The notes under the pieces were generated by a model. It saw only the letters and a list, made by a program, of their open reading frames with translations. It did no database searches and was not told the origin of the DNA. Source: Candidatus Jordarchaeia archaeon (GTDB lineage Archaea > Asgardarchaeota > Jordiarchaeia > Jordiarchaeales > Freyrarchaeaceae). From it: a stretch of DNA of 34,076 nt. A program made the position numbers and the translations under genes. Each line of letters starts with the position of its first letter. The first letter of the stretch is position 1. Location of the stretch: positions 1-34,076 of the forward strand of contig JAHAWR010000003.1 of assembly GCA_018383835.1 (NCBI GenBank). Reading direction: 5' to 3'. Positions 8,487 through 16,605 of the stretch are shown in pieces.

Positions 8487-9149
8487 TTATACTTCTTCAT
8501 CGCCAGAGCATACTTTTAGTCCTTTAAAGATAAAGTTTTCACAGTTTTTCATGAATGAAGCAACAATTCTTCTTATCTTCATCTGTACATCCTCTACGGG
8601 AGGGGTGGCGTCGATCACCAGATACCCCTTCTCTTTAGCTCTCTCGAGATAGATTTTCCTAACTCTTTCAAGGAAGCTCTCCTCCTCGAACTTGTCCTTA
8701 AACTTGCTTCCCATCCTCTCCATGGCGGTCTGCGCGTCAACGTCAAGCAGAATTGTTAGGTCTGCGTTTAGCGCCCACTTGTTTATGTCTTCAATCCACT
8801 CCACATCCACGCCCTCAGCGGCTTGGTAGCAAATGGACGACTCAACGTAGCGGTCTGAGACGATGACTTCCCCAGCCTCGATCCTTGGCTTTAACTCACT
8901 CTCTGCGTGCTCCAGCCTGTCTGCTGCAAACAAGAGAGCTAAAGTGGCGGGATGAAAAACTCTCCTTTGCAGCTGCTTGCGTATTAAGGAACCTATCTCT
9001 CCGCTCGTGGGCTCTTTTGTCAGCGAGACAATGTACCCCTCCTCCCTCAGCCATTCTGTGAGCAACTTGGCATGGGTGGTTTTCCCAGCGCCGTCTATTC
9101 CTTCCAAGACGATTAATACTCCACGCTTCAGCCTCTTCAACTCATCCAC
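8487..9149 (-). CDS. tmk: Thymidylate (dTMP) kinase
   Basis: 220 aa. P-loop VLEGIDGAGKTT, then DRY-type motif VSDRYVESS and a lid region. Confidence 0.9.
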   Translation of the reverse strand: MDELKRLKRGVLIVLEGIDGAGKTTHAKLLTEWLREEGYIVSLTKEPTSGEIGSLIRKQLQRRVFHPATLALLFAADRLEHAESELKPRIEAGEVIVSDRYVESSICYQAAEGVDVEWIEDINKWALNADLTILLDVDAQTAMERMGSKFKDKFEEESFLERVRKIYLERAKEKGYLVIDATPPVEDVQMKIRRIVASFMKNCENFIFKGLKVCSGDEEV

Positions 9150-9232
9150 CTTAAGGGAATTAACCTAGATAATAGATAAGTTTTTTTACTTTCAGGCCCC
9201 CTCAGCAGATCGCCCCTCCATTAGGGGAAAGG

Positions 9233-10006
9233 GTGAAGCCGGTGCCGTTCAACTTAGAGGTTAACAAGTTCAACGTGTTAAAAGTTAAAGATGAATCATT
9301 AGAATTAGAGAGCATTTTAAATGACGTGAAGGGCGCCGTCTGCGTTCAAGGGATGCCTGGAATAGCGAATGTGGGAAAGGCCGTAGTTGAATTCTTAATC
9401 GAGTATAATAATGCGAAGAGAGTGTTTCAGATCCACTTCTCCGACTTTCCCTCGCATGTTTCCGTTGACGATGCCGGGCACGTGAACGCATTGAAGAGCG
9501 AGGTCTACTTTTACCGGGATGAAAGGGCTGGAGGCGACTTTTTCCTCCTGACGGGCGACGCGCAGCCAACCTCGAACATAGGTGTAAACGTCCTTTCAAA
9601 GTATATAGCCAATTTACTGCACGAGTTAAACGTTAAGCTAGTGGTATCATTGGGGGCTATGCCCACCGAGAAGTTAAGTGCCAAGCCACGGGTATTCGCG
9701 GCCGTTACAAGCATCGAACTACTCAAGAAATATGGCAATCTGCCAGGGGTGGAGGTTCTCAGGGAGGGCGTCGTGATTGGGATGAACGGCTTAGTTCCAT
9801 GCATCGCCAGCAGCCTCTACGGCATCAACGGCTTAATTCTGCTCTCAGAAACTCTTGGCATCTTTGAAAAGGATGCTAGGGCGTCTTATACCCTAGCCAA
9901 GATCCTGCGGGACAGTTTTAAGCTAAACATTAACCTTGAAGAGTTCAAGAGTAAGATTGGCCTCACAAACGGTCAGGACGGTGAGCATCTCGGGTACTTA
10001 AGCTAA
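9233..10006 (+). CDS. PAC2 (proteasome assembly chaperone 2) family protein
   Basis: 257 aa. VQGMPGIANVGKAVVEFLI, FLLTGDAQP, IGMNGLVP and LLSETLG...DARAS match my recollection of the PF09754 pattern. GTG start. Confidence 0.6.
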   Translation: MKPVPFNLEVNKFNVLKVKDESLELESILNDVKGAVCVQGMPGIANVGKAVVEFLIEYNNAKRVFQIHFSDFPSHVSVDDAGHVNALKSEVYFYRDERAGGDFFLLTGDAQPTSNIGVNVLSKYIANLLHELNVKLVVSLGAMPTEKLSAKPRVFAAVTSIELLKKYGNLPGVEVLREGVVIGMNGLVPCIASSLYGINGLILLSETLGIFEKDARASYTLAKILRDSFKLNINLEEFKSKIGLTNGQDGEHLGYLS

Positions 10007-10017
10007 AGAACTTTAAG

Positions 10018-11466
10018 TTACCCTTTCCCCGAGCTTTTAAGGAGCTGCTCCCCAGCAAGCGCCCCGGAGCATATAGTGTCCCCGAGACCAACAGTAGCCT
10101 TGATCTCCCTCGCAATCATCGAGGGAACAAAAACAACTCCCGGATCCCCTTCTACGAAGCCGTGTTCTAGGAAGAACTTGTAGTTCGCCTCACCCTCCGA
10201 GTCTAATAGAGAGGCCAACTTCTCGTGCTCCCTTATCCCATCTTCGCTTACCTCGAATCTTCCGAGCTTCATCGCCTCCCTAGCCTTACTGATGGTTGGC
10301 GGCGTGCCCGTATCAGCTAACGTAGCTGCAAGCAACGCGCCGAAGAGAAGCGCCATAAACTCCTCCTCTGGGTGAACACCATAGCTTTGCTTTATAATAC
10401 TTATTGAGTATTCCCTTGTGTGGACAAAGACCCTCTTTAAGCGATACTTTTCAATGAGGCCCCTCGCTTTAAGGTACAGCTCAGGCGCCGAGTACGAGCT
10501 TAAGGGTTTAGTATGAGTTGGTGAGTGAAACATGTGCAGCTCTGTTTCGTTAACTCCGACCGAGTCTACGTGGGGAAAAACTAGGCTAAGTACGGCTTTT
10601 CTAACCTCGCTACTGCTAGTGAACCCCATTTCCGCGTGGATGGTAAGCTCTGGGTTAACAGACCTCCACTCCCTGATGAGGTGAGTTGTGCGCCCAGCAA
10701 CATCCCAGCATGTTTCGCCGTTAAGATACTTCTCTCTAAGCAAGTGGTAGCCTGAGACGGCGGCTGCTACCGCCTCCTTAGCCTCTAAAATACTTCCCTC
10801 CCAGAACCCTGGTGCAATCTGAAGGCGCGCGTTTACTTCATCAAAAGTCGCTATAAACCTATTATCCCTAGGTGCTTCAAAGCTTAAGTCTCCTAGGCTC
10901 ACGCTGAGCCCCCTCTTAAACTCGGAAATCCAATGGATTAAGAGAGGATCCCCTGGCCTCGTAGCCTCGCGTGGATGCTTAAAGGTTACTCCTCTATCCG
11001 TGGGGACAGGGATGACGACGTTTTCATCGTAGAAGAGATCAGCCTGCTGGCTTGGAAGCGAAGGAACATTAGGTATCACTCTATGCCCCAGCCTAGCCAA
11101 TATGTTAGTCATGTTACCTCCCTGACCGCCCATGCGCATTTCGTCCCATCCAAGCAGCTTCTCCAGCTTCCTTGAAACATCACTGCTGGTAATAATCCAC
11201 TCTCCACCCACTCCGTCCCTCACGCAAATGAAGAAGCCAGCCAAGAAGTCCTCTAAGGAGTCAACCTTCATTGGGAGGTTAAAAATCCTCTTGGCAACTT
11301 CACTTGGCGAGACATGCCTCATTAATCGTTCAACGTCCTCCCTGCAAACGTGCTTGACCGCATCTATGTTAACGTTAAATCCAACTATGAACTTAAGGCT
11401 TCTACTAGCTTGGGCAACAGTCTCCAAGCTGCGGCTATAAGCCTCAACCCATCTCTTTCGCCTCAA
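10018..11466 (-). CDS. ADP-dependent sugar kinase (ADP-glucokinase/ADP-phosphofructokinase family)
   Basis: 482 aa. GFNVNIDAV, MGGQGGNMTNILARLG, IHAEMGF and C-terminal TVGLGDTICSGALAG are hallmarks of the ADP-dependent PFK/GK family. Sugar specificity is not assignable by eye. Confidence 0.8.
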   Translation of the reverse strand: MRRKRWVEAYSRSLETVAQASRSLKFIVGFNVNIDAVKHVCREDVERLMRHVSPSEVAKRIFNLPMKVDSLEDFLAGFFICVRDGVGGEWIITSSDVSRKLEKLLGWDEMRMGGQGGNMTNILARLGHRVIPNVPSLPSQQADLFYDENVVIPVPTDRGVTFKHPREATRPGDPLLIHWISEFKRGLSVSLGDLSFEAPRDNRFIATFDEVNARLQIAPGFWEGSILEAKEAVAAAVSGYHLLREKYLNGETCWDVAGRTTHLIREWRSVNPELTIHAEMGFTSSSEVRKAVLSLVFPHVDSVGVNETELHMFHSPTHTKPLSSYSAPELYLKARGLIEKYRLKRVFVHTREYSISIIKQSYGVHPEEEFMALLFGALLAATLADTGTPPTISKAREAMKLGRFEVSEDGIREHEKLASLLDSEGEANYKFFLEHGFVEGDPGVVFVPSMIAREIKATVGLGDTICSGALAGEQLLKSSGKG

Positions 11467-11500
11467 GGAGAAGTTCCTCCACTAATATATTAGTAATATA

Positions 11501-12586
11501 TTAGTAATCTGCAAGCAGGTGCACGTTTCCTATGTTAACATTGACTAGCCCCTCCTCCTTCGCGGCAGCAGCACACTCTAGGGCAAGCCTCCTACTCGTC
11601 GTTGGAAGATCATCCATGACGTAATGAGGGTGAAACGCGAGCAGGGAGTAGGGTATCTCCGGGTCTACGTCGGCTATGAATCCCGCTATACAGCGCACTT
11701 CCTCAACGTCTATGTACCCCGGCACGAGGAGAGTGCTCGCCACCAAGAAGGGGGGCTCAGGCGCCTTCCTCATGAAAATCTTTAGCCTTGAAAAGTTGTC
11801 CAGTGTACGTTTGTTCGTCGCCCCGCAGAGGGCAACATTTAACGGTTCACTCCATGCCTTCAAGTCGAACTTTATGCAGCCCCCCGTTTCGTAGGCCAAC
11901 AAAGCAGCCTTCTTCAGAAGCGGCCAGCTCATGGTCCCGTTAGTCTCCCAGCAAACCCTCACTATCCTCTTCCACTCATCCGCTCTCCTTATAGCCAGCT
12001 CGCTGGTCTTAATTGAGTGAGGCATCTGAACCGCCGGGTCCCCCCCAAAATAGCAGATGCAGGAAACCTTTTCATTACACTTACCAGCCAGCTCCCATGC
12101 ACTCACCGACGGCTTAAGGCTTCTGGCATGCTCACGAAAAGTCCAGTTCTGGCAGAAAAGGCAATCATACGAGCATGCAGCGTAGAAAACCGCCAAGTTG
12201 AAGTAGCCGTACTCAGCGTTAGGCCTGTAGGAATATCTTGGAAAGCCTGCCCCCGTGCATCCAGGGCAAACCCACGCGGCAACACAGTTTGTCGGGAGCG
12301 GGTCATAGTACCATTCCAGCAAGCCCTCCGAGGGGGTTCCTCTAAGCCGAACTAGTCTTCCACCTCTATTCTCGACTAGGCCACAGTAGCCCCGCCCTCC
12401 TTCGGGAATAACGCACTCGTTAACGCAAAGCCGGCACGTAGCCCCGCTCCTACCCCTCGGTGGGAATGGAGGCAGACCAAAGTAGCTGCGCTTCTCGGCA
12501 TGAACCCGCATGGCAATCGGGAGCGCATCTTCAGCTCTCTCCCTCAAGCAGGAACCGCACACGGCAAGGTTCGCCGAGATCAACAT
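11501..12586 (-). CDS. AmmeMemoRadiSam-system-type radical SAM enzyme (PflA-like)
   Basis: 361 aa. N-terminal CRLCVNECVIPEGGRGYCG, radical SAM motif CSYDCLFCQNW, then FGGDP and WETNG. The true start is probably upstream of the ATG (see findings). Confidence 0.65.
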   Translation of the reverse strand: MLISANLAVCGSCLRERAEDALPIAMRVHAEKRSYFGLPPFPPRGRSGATCRLCVNECVIPEGGRGYCGLVENRGGRLVRLRGTPSEGLLEWYYDPLPTNCVAAWVCPGCTGAGFPRYSYRPNAEYGYFNLAVFYAACSYDCLFCQNWTFREHARSLKPSVSAWELAGKCNEKVSCICYFGGDPAVQMPHSIKTSELAIRRADEWKRIVRVCWETNGTMSWPLLKKAALLAYETGGCIKFDLKAWSEPLNVALCGATNKRTLDNFSRLKIFMRKAPEPPFLVASTLLVPGYIDVEEVRCIAGFIADVDPEIPYSLLAFHPHYVMDDLPTTSRRLALECAAAAKEEGLVNVNIGNVHLLADY

Positions 12587-12729
12587 GCTCTCCTTACCGC
12601 AGACGACGCACTTAGCAGGCTTCTTCCAAGAGAAAATAATAACCCCTCCCTTTCACCCTTTACTAACGTACTCCGCTTAATAAAGGAAATGAGAAAAAGG
12701 AAATCTAAATATTTGTATCAACTGCTCAG

Positions 12730-13230
12730 TCACTCTGCTTCCTCAACAATCCTCTTACTCATAAGGTAGGCGTCCTCCCCGTCATGATAGTATCCTCTAA
12801 TAGTCTTCACTATAATGAACCCCATCTTCTTGTAGAGGTTTATAGCTGGTTCGTTGGAAACTCTGACCTCCAAGATAGCCTCCTCTGCTCCATACTCTTT
12901 CATGGCTCTGAGTCCCCACTTCAAAAGCATCTTACCTATACCTTTCCTTCTATGCTCAGGCATCACAGCTATAGATACAACGTGCCCCTTTTTCACGAGG
13001 CGGAAAGGAGACGGGTTAAAGGAGGACATCCCCTTCTCGATCCTGTTCATAATGTATCCCACAATCTCTCCATCGACTTCAGCCACTATGAAGCATCCCG
13101 GATAACGCTCCAGTAAATGCTGGAAGAAATAGTACGGGTAATTCTCAGGCAGGCAAATTCTGTTTATCTCGACAACTCTGAACAGGTCCTCATGGCGCGC
13201 CTCCCTAACCACAACGGCCTTCTCCTGCAA
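12730..13230 (-). CDS. GNAT N-acetyltransferase (RimI/Ard1-type protein N-terminal acetyltransferase)
   Basis: 166 aa. GHVVSIAVMPEHRRKGIGKMLL (acetyl-CoA binding R/QxxGxG/A) and EVRVSNEPAINLYKKMGF...YYHDGEDAYLM. Confidence 0.85.
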   Translation of the reverse strand: MQEKAVVVREARHEDLFRVVEINRICLPENYPYYFFQHLLERYPGCFIVAEVDGEIVGYIMNRIEKGMSSFNPSPFRLVKKGHVVSIAVMPEHRRKGIGKMLLKWGLRAMKEYGAEEAILEVRVSNEPAINLYKKMGFIIVKTIRGYYHDGEDAYLMSKRIVEEAE

Positions 13231-13656
13231 TCCCTAAGCCTCCAGTACGTTGCGCCGTCTTTCATGATGGTATCTCGTCTTAAATATACCTTCCGTTTAA
13301 CCTGTCTAAAATACCAAAAGCTTGAAAAGACTACAAACAAGCCACCCATAATTGCGGCGGCCACAATGGTAATTTTGAAACTAAAACCTAAGTATGTCCT
13401 CTACATGAAACCATTGTGGGGTTCATAGATTTTTCGTCCCTCCCCTCTCGCCTCTACGACCAGAGGATCGCTGAGGCCTTTCACCGCCAACGGTAACAGT
13501 AAAGGACAGCCATGAGCTTCGTGGAATTGCCAAAGAATCCTTAACTGCACCGGTGTAAGTCTGAAGAAAATGTTAAGTGAAAGAAAGAAAGAAAAAGAAA
13601 ATAAGTTTAAATATGAAATAAAAGAAAGGAGATGGAGAAGGACCGATGAGGAGGAT

Positions 13657-13821
13657 ATGATCATGAGCGAAGTAACTCCTTCACGCGTAAAATGTCCCAA
13701 GTGTGGTAGCATCGACGTGAAGCAAGTGGAAGACAAAAGCAAGGTGATCAGCTACACTGGAGGACAGCCGATATATAAGAAAGTGTGGAAGTGCAAGAAG
13801 TGCGGCGAGACATGGGGATAA
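13657..13821 (+). CDS. Small 4-Cys zinc-ribbon protein (about 54 aa)
   Basis: CPKCGS...(28 aa)...CKKCGE. I prefer the ATG at 13657, which is preceded by GAGGAGG, with TTTAAATAT at 13606-13614. The track's longer 13570 start adds only a purine-rich, K/E-coding leader. Confidence 0.5.
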   Translation: MIMSEVTPSRVKCPKCGSIDVKQVEDKSKVISYTGGQPIYKKVWKCKKCGETWG

Positions 13822-13833
13822 GCTGACTGCTAG

Positions 13834-14652
13834 GTGGTTAAGCTGATAAATGCCATCAGTGAATGCCGGTTTTTTTCTATTCCACCTTTATTGCTTAGTG
13901 GCTTCTTCGCATGGTACGTTTACTTATTCGTTAGCCCGTACCTCTCATACGTGCTTGAGCCAGCTTATCTGTTCTGGGATCTTTTAATGCTGCAGATGAA
14001 TCCTCTGGCTTGGGGTATGTTTTGTTTCTCAAACTTCTTTCCTGGCGGTGATCTAGGCGTGTATTTTGCAGTGTTTCTTGTCAGCATTTTCGGTAACATC
14101 TCCATAGTTTTCCCAGTGCCATACGTTATTTTTTTGTGGTTTTTAGTTATTTTCAGGGTCTGGATTAACCCCTTGCTTTTGGGGGTTGCGGCAGGTAGTG
14201 GAGCTGCTATAGGTGAGACTTCAGCTTGGCTCCTGGGGAGGGGGACGGCTAAGGCATTGGAAGACACGCAGTATGGTCAGCAGCTTAAGCGCTACGGCGC
14301 CCTCATAGAGCGAGGATGGGGGATACCGCTAATTATACTCTTCGCAGCGACCCCCCTACCTGACGACGCTCTTCTTTTAGCCTTAGGAATGATGGAGTAC
14401 TCCTACAAGAAAACTATTCTGGGATATTTCGTAGGAAAAATCATAATGTGCGTTATGATATCATACGCCGCGCGGGCGTTTTCGACGACTAGAATCTTCG
14501 GGAAAACCATCCTCGAATGGTACTCGGGGGAAGCGGGATTAACCACAATGCTCGCCAGTATAACCATCATGATCCTGATTTTTGTTGCCTTATTGTTTGT
14601 CGATTGGGGGAAAGTCTACCGAAAGGCGAAAGAACTAGTGAGCAATATTTAA
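13834..14652 (+). CDS. Polytopic membrane protein, possibly DedA/TVP38 (VTT-domain)-like
   Basis: 272 aa with at least 6 hydrophobic segments. AAGSGAAIGETSAWLLGRG resembles the DedA/VTT motif. GTG start. Confidence 0.45.
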   Translation: MVKLINAISECRFFSIPPLLLSGFFAWYVYLFVSPYLSYVLEPAYLFWDLLMLQMNPLAWGMFCFSNFFPGGDLGVYFAVFLVSIFGNISIVFPVPYVIFLWFLVIFRVWINPLLLGVAAGSGAAIGETSAWLLGRGTAKALEDTQYGQQLKRYGALIERGWGIPLIILFAATPLPDDALLLALGMMEYSYKKTILGYFVGKIIMCVMISYAARAFSTTRIFGKTILEWYSGEAGLTTMLASITIMILIFVALLFVDWGKVYRKAKELVSNI

Positions 14653-14675
14653 GGGCACATTCCTAAGTCACTCAA

Positions 14676-14695
14676 GGCTTTTTTCTAAAAAAGCC
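14676..14695 (+). terminator. T-rich palindrome downstream of the membrane protein gene (candidate terminator, possibly bidirectional)
   Basis: GGCTTTTTT-CT-AAAAAAGCC is a perfect 9-bp inverted repeat containing a T6 run, 23 nt after the stop at 14650-14652. Archaeal termination commonly uses oligo-T. Confidence 0.4.
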
Positions 14696-14915
14696 AGCCT
14701 TAAAGATGTTTCACGTCGCTCCTTCCATTAGCTTCATAGTCGCCGCGTCGCTCTTCTTATTATGCGTCTCATACATAAAACGGTTGAGGTTCCGCGTCGC
14801 CGCAGATTCATTTACTCTTTACCTCTGAAAGTATGTTCCAAGAAATTTATAAATTTAAATTCAGCTTTCACACCCTTAGTCTCTAGCTCGGGTTAGTTTT
14901 CTCCTGGGCGTTTAC

Positions 14916-14924
14916 TTTATAAAA
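14916..14924 (+). promoter_or_regulatory. TATA box candidate for rps6e
   Basis: TTTATAAAA lies about 30 nt upstream of the GTG at 14953, implying a leaderless or very short-leader mRNA. Confidence 0.45.
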
Positions 14925-14952
14925 GGGATGCTTTACTCTGAGTCTTACAAGA

Positions 14953-15387
14953 GTGTGTGGGAGTGGTTGGAAAGTGAAGCGCGCGAAAGACGAGTATGTA
15001 CATAGGCTGGTTATAAGCGACCCTGAGACGGGTAGGAGCGTCACGGTGGGTGTTGATGATGTGAAGTTTAGGAGCCTAATAGATGTGAAGGTAGGCGAGA
15101 TAGTTAAGGGAGACCCTCTAGGCTTGGTTGGCTACGAGTTGCAGGTCACCGGAGGCTCCGACAAGGATGGCTTTCCCATGAGAACTGACATTGAGGGATC
15201 GGGGCGCAAGAGAGTGCTGCTCAGCACAGGTCCCGGGTTTAAGCCCAGAAGGAAAGGCGAACGGAGGAGAAAGCTGGTTAGGGGGAACACTATATCAGAT
15301 GACATATATCAGGTGAACATGAAGGTTGTGAAGAAGGGGGCTAAGGATGTTTTTAAGACTGAAGAAGCCGCCCCCTCTGAATCCTAG
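14953..15387 (+). CDS. rps6e: 30S ribosomal protein S6e
   Basis: LVISDPETG..., ELQVTGGSDKDGFPMR, GRKRVLLSTGPGF and RRRKLVRGNTISDDIYQVN. The start is ambiguous (GTG 14953 or GTG 14974). Confidence 0.9.
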   Translation: MCGSGWKVKRAKDEYVHRLVISDPETGRSVTVGVDDVKFRSLIDVKVGEIVKGDPLGLVGYELQVTGGSDKDGFPMRTDIEGSGRKRVLLSTGPGFKPRRKGERRRKLVRGNTISDDIYQVNMKVVKKGAKDVFKTEEAAPSES

Positions 15388-15902
15388 TGCTCCAGCTCCT
15401 TTGTGGGGTGCTCGTCATTACCCTGTTTGTCTGTGACGCTATGCTTGGTAGAGTTTGCCGCTGGTTAAGGCTCCTGGGGTATGTAGCCTATTATGATCTT
15501 GGAAGAGATGATGAATCCTTGCTTGAAATGGTTGAAACATCTGAGAGGGTTCTCTTAACCAGAGACCTGAACCTTTACAGGCGTGCTCTGAAACGCGGCG
15601 TCAGGGCTTTCTACGTTGAAGGCGACGACTTCTATGACCAGCTTTGGAGTGTTGCCCGTGAGTTTAAGCTGAGGCTGGAGATCGACCCTGAGCGCTCATT
15701 TTGCCCAAGGTGTGGGGGGAAAATAAGAGGTGCGAGGAGGGAAGAGGTTGCTGGTTTTGTTTCTCTGAGCACGCTGGAAAGATACGAGGAGTTCTGGGTT
15801 TGCACGTCTTGCGGTAAAGTTTACTGGAAGGGTGCAATGTGGAGGTCGATGAATAGAGTGCTGGAAAAAATTAAATCTAAGATTCTTCTTACACCTCGCT
15901 GA
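15387..15902 (+). CDS. Mut7-C RNase domain (PIN-like nuclease plus zinc ribbon, DUF82) protein
   Basis: FVCDAMLGRVCRWLRLLGY, LLTRD, CPRCGG...CTSCGKVYWKG. The GTG at 15387 overlaps the rps6e TAG (TAGTG). Alternative GTG at 15408. Confidence 0.7.
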   Translation: MLQLLCGVLVITLFVCDAMLGRVCRWLRLLGYVAYYDLGRDDESLLEMVETSERVLLTRDLNLYRRALKRGVRAFYVEGDDFYDQLWSVAREFKLRLEIDPERSFCPRCGGKIRGARREEVAGFVSLSTLERYEEFWVCTSCGKVYWKGAMWRSMNRVLEKIKSKILLTPR

Positions 15903-15963
15903 GAAATATTTAAAGTTTAATTTAGCAGTATTTTTCAGTTAATGCTCCAGAGGGCGGGTTTGG

Positions 15964-16602
15964 TTGGCGGAAGATGTTCTGAATCTTAGTGATGAAGACG
16001 GGGTTTTTCTTGTGAGGCTTGCGAGGGAAACCATTGAAAACTTTGTCCGGACGGGGAAGATGGGGCACCCTCCAAAAGATGTTTCGCCGAGGCTCAAAGA
16101 GAAGGGGGGAGTCTTCGTTACAATAAACAAGTTAGTCTGCGGGGGTAAGCATCTGCGAGGATGTATAGGTTACCCTCTCCCCTACTTCCCCCTCGCCGAG
16201 GCTACAATGAAATCTGCCGTCGAGGCGACGCGTGACCCCCGCTTCCCACCTCTAAGGGAGGATGAGCTCGACGGCATAGTCGTCGAGGTGACCGTATTAT
16301 CGGTTCCAGAGCTGCTTAAGGTTAAGGATCCAAGGGAATATGTTGAAAAGGTTAAGGTTGGCCGCGATGGCCTCTTGGTTGCGAGAGGGCCCTTCAAGGG
16401 CCTTCTTCTACCTCAGGTTCCAGTCGAGTGGAACTGGGATGCTGAAACCTTCCTCTGTGAGTGCTGCATGAAGGCGGGTTTGCCGCCTGATGCTTGGCTT
16501 GACAGGGACACGGAGGTCTACGTGTTCCGTGGTGTCATATTTGAGGAAGAAGAGCCACGCGGGAAAATAGTTCGAAAAGAGCTCTCAGCCGAGAGGGTGT
16601 AG
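15964..16602 (+). CDS. AMMECR1 domain protein
   Basis: 212 aa. GGVFVTI...LRGCIGYPLPYFPLAEA...AVEATRDPRFPPL...GLLLPQV is the classic AMMECR1 signature. TTG start. Confidence 0.85.
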   Translation: MAEDVLNLSDEDGVFLVRLARETIENFVRTGKMGHPPKDVSPRLKEKGGVFVTINKLVCGGKHLRGCIGYPLPYFPLAEATMKSAVEATRDPRFPPLREDELDGIVVEVTVLSVPELLKVKDPREYVEKVKVGRDGLLVARGPFKGLLLPQVPVEWNWDAETFLCECCMKAGLPPDAWLDRDTEVYVFRGVIFEEEEPRGKIVRKELSAERV

Positions 16603-16605
16603 CGG

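Noticed and set aside
9983-10006. C-terminal HbYX proteasome-docking motif in the PAC2-family protein
   Set aside because: The C-terminus is ...LGYLS. The Tyr is at the -3 position rather than penultimate, so I cannot claim an HbYX motif.
13164-13364. 66-aa minus-strand ORF as a real small membrane protein gene
   Set aside because: Its last 67 nt overlap the 5' end of the well-supported acetyltransferase gene in another frame, and the C-terminal half is Arg-rich off-frame-like sequence. I kept it only as a remark within the intergenic-region finding.
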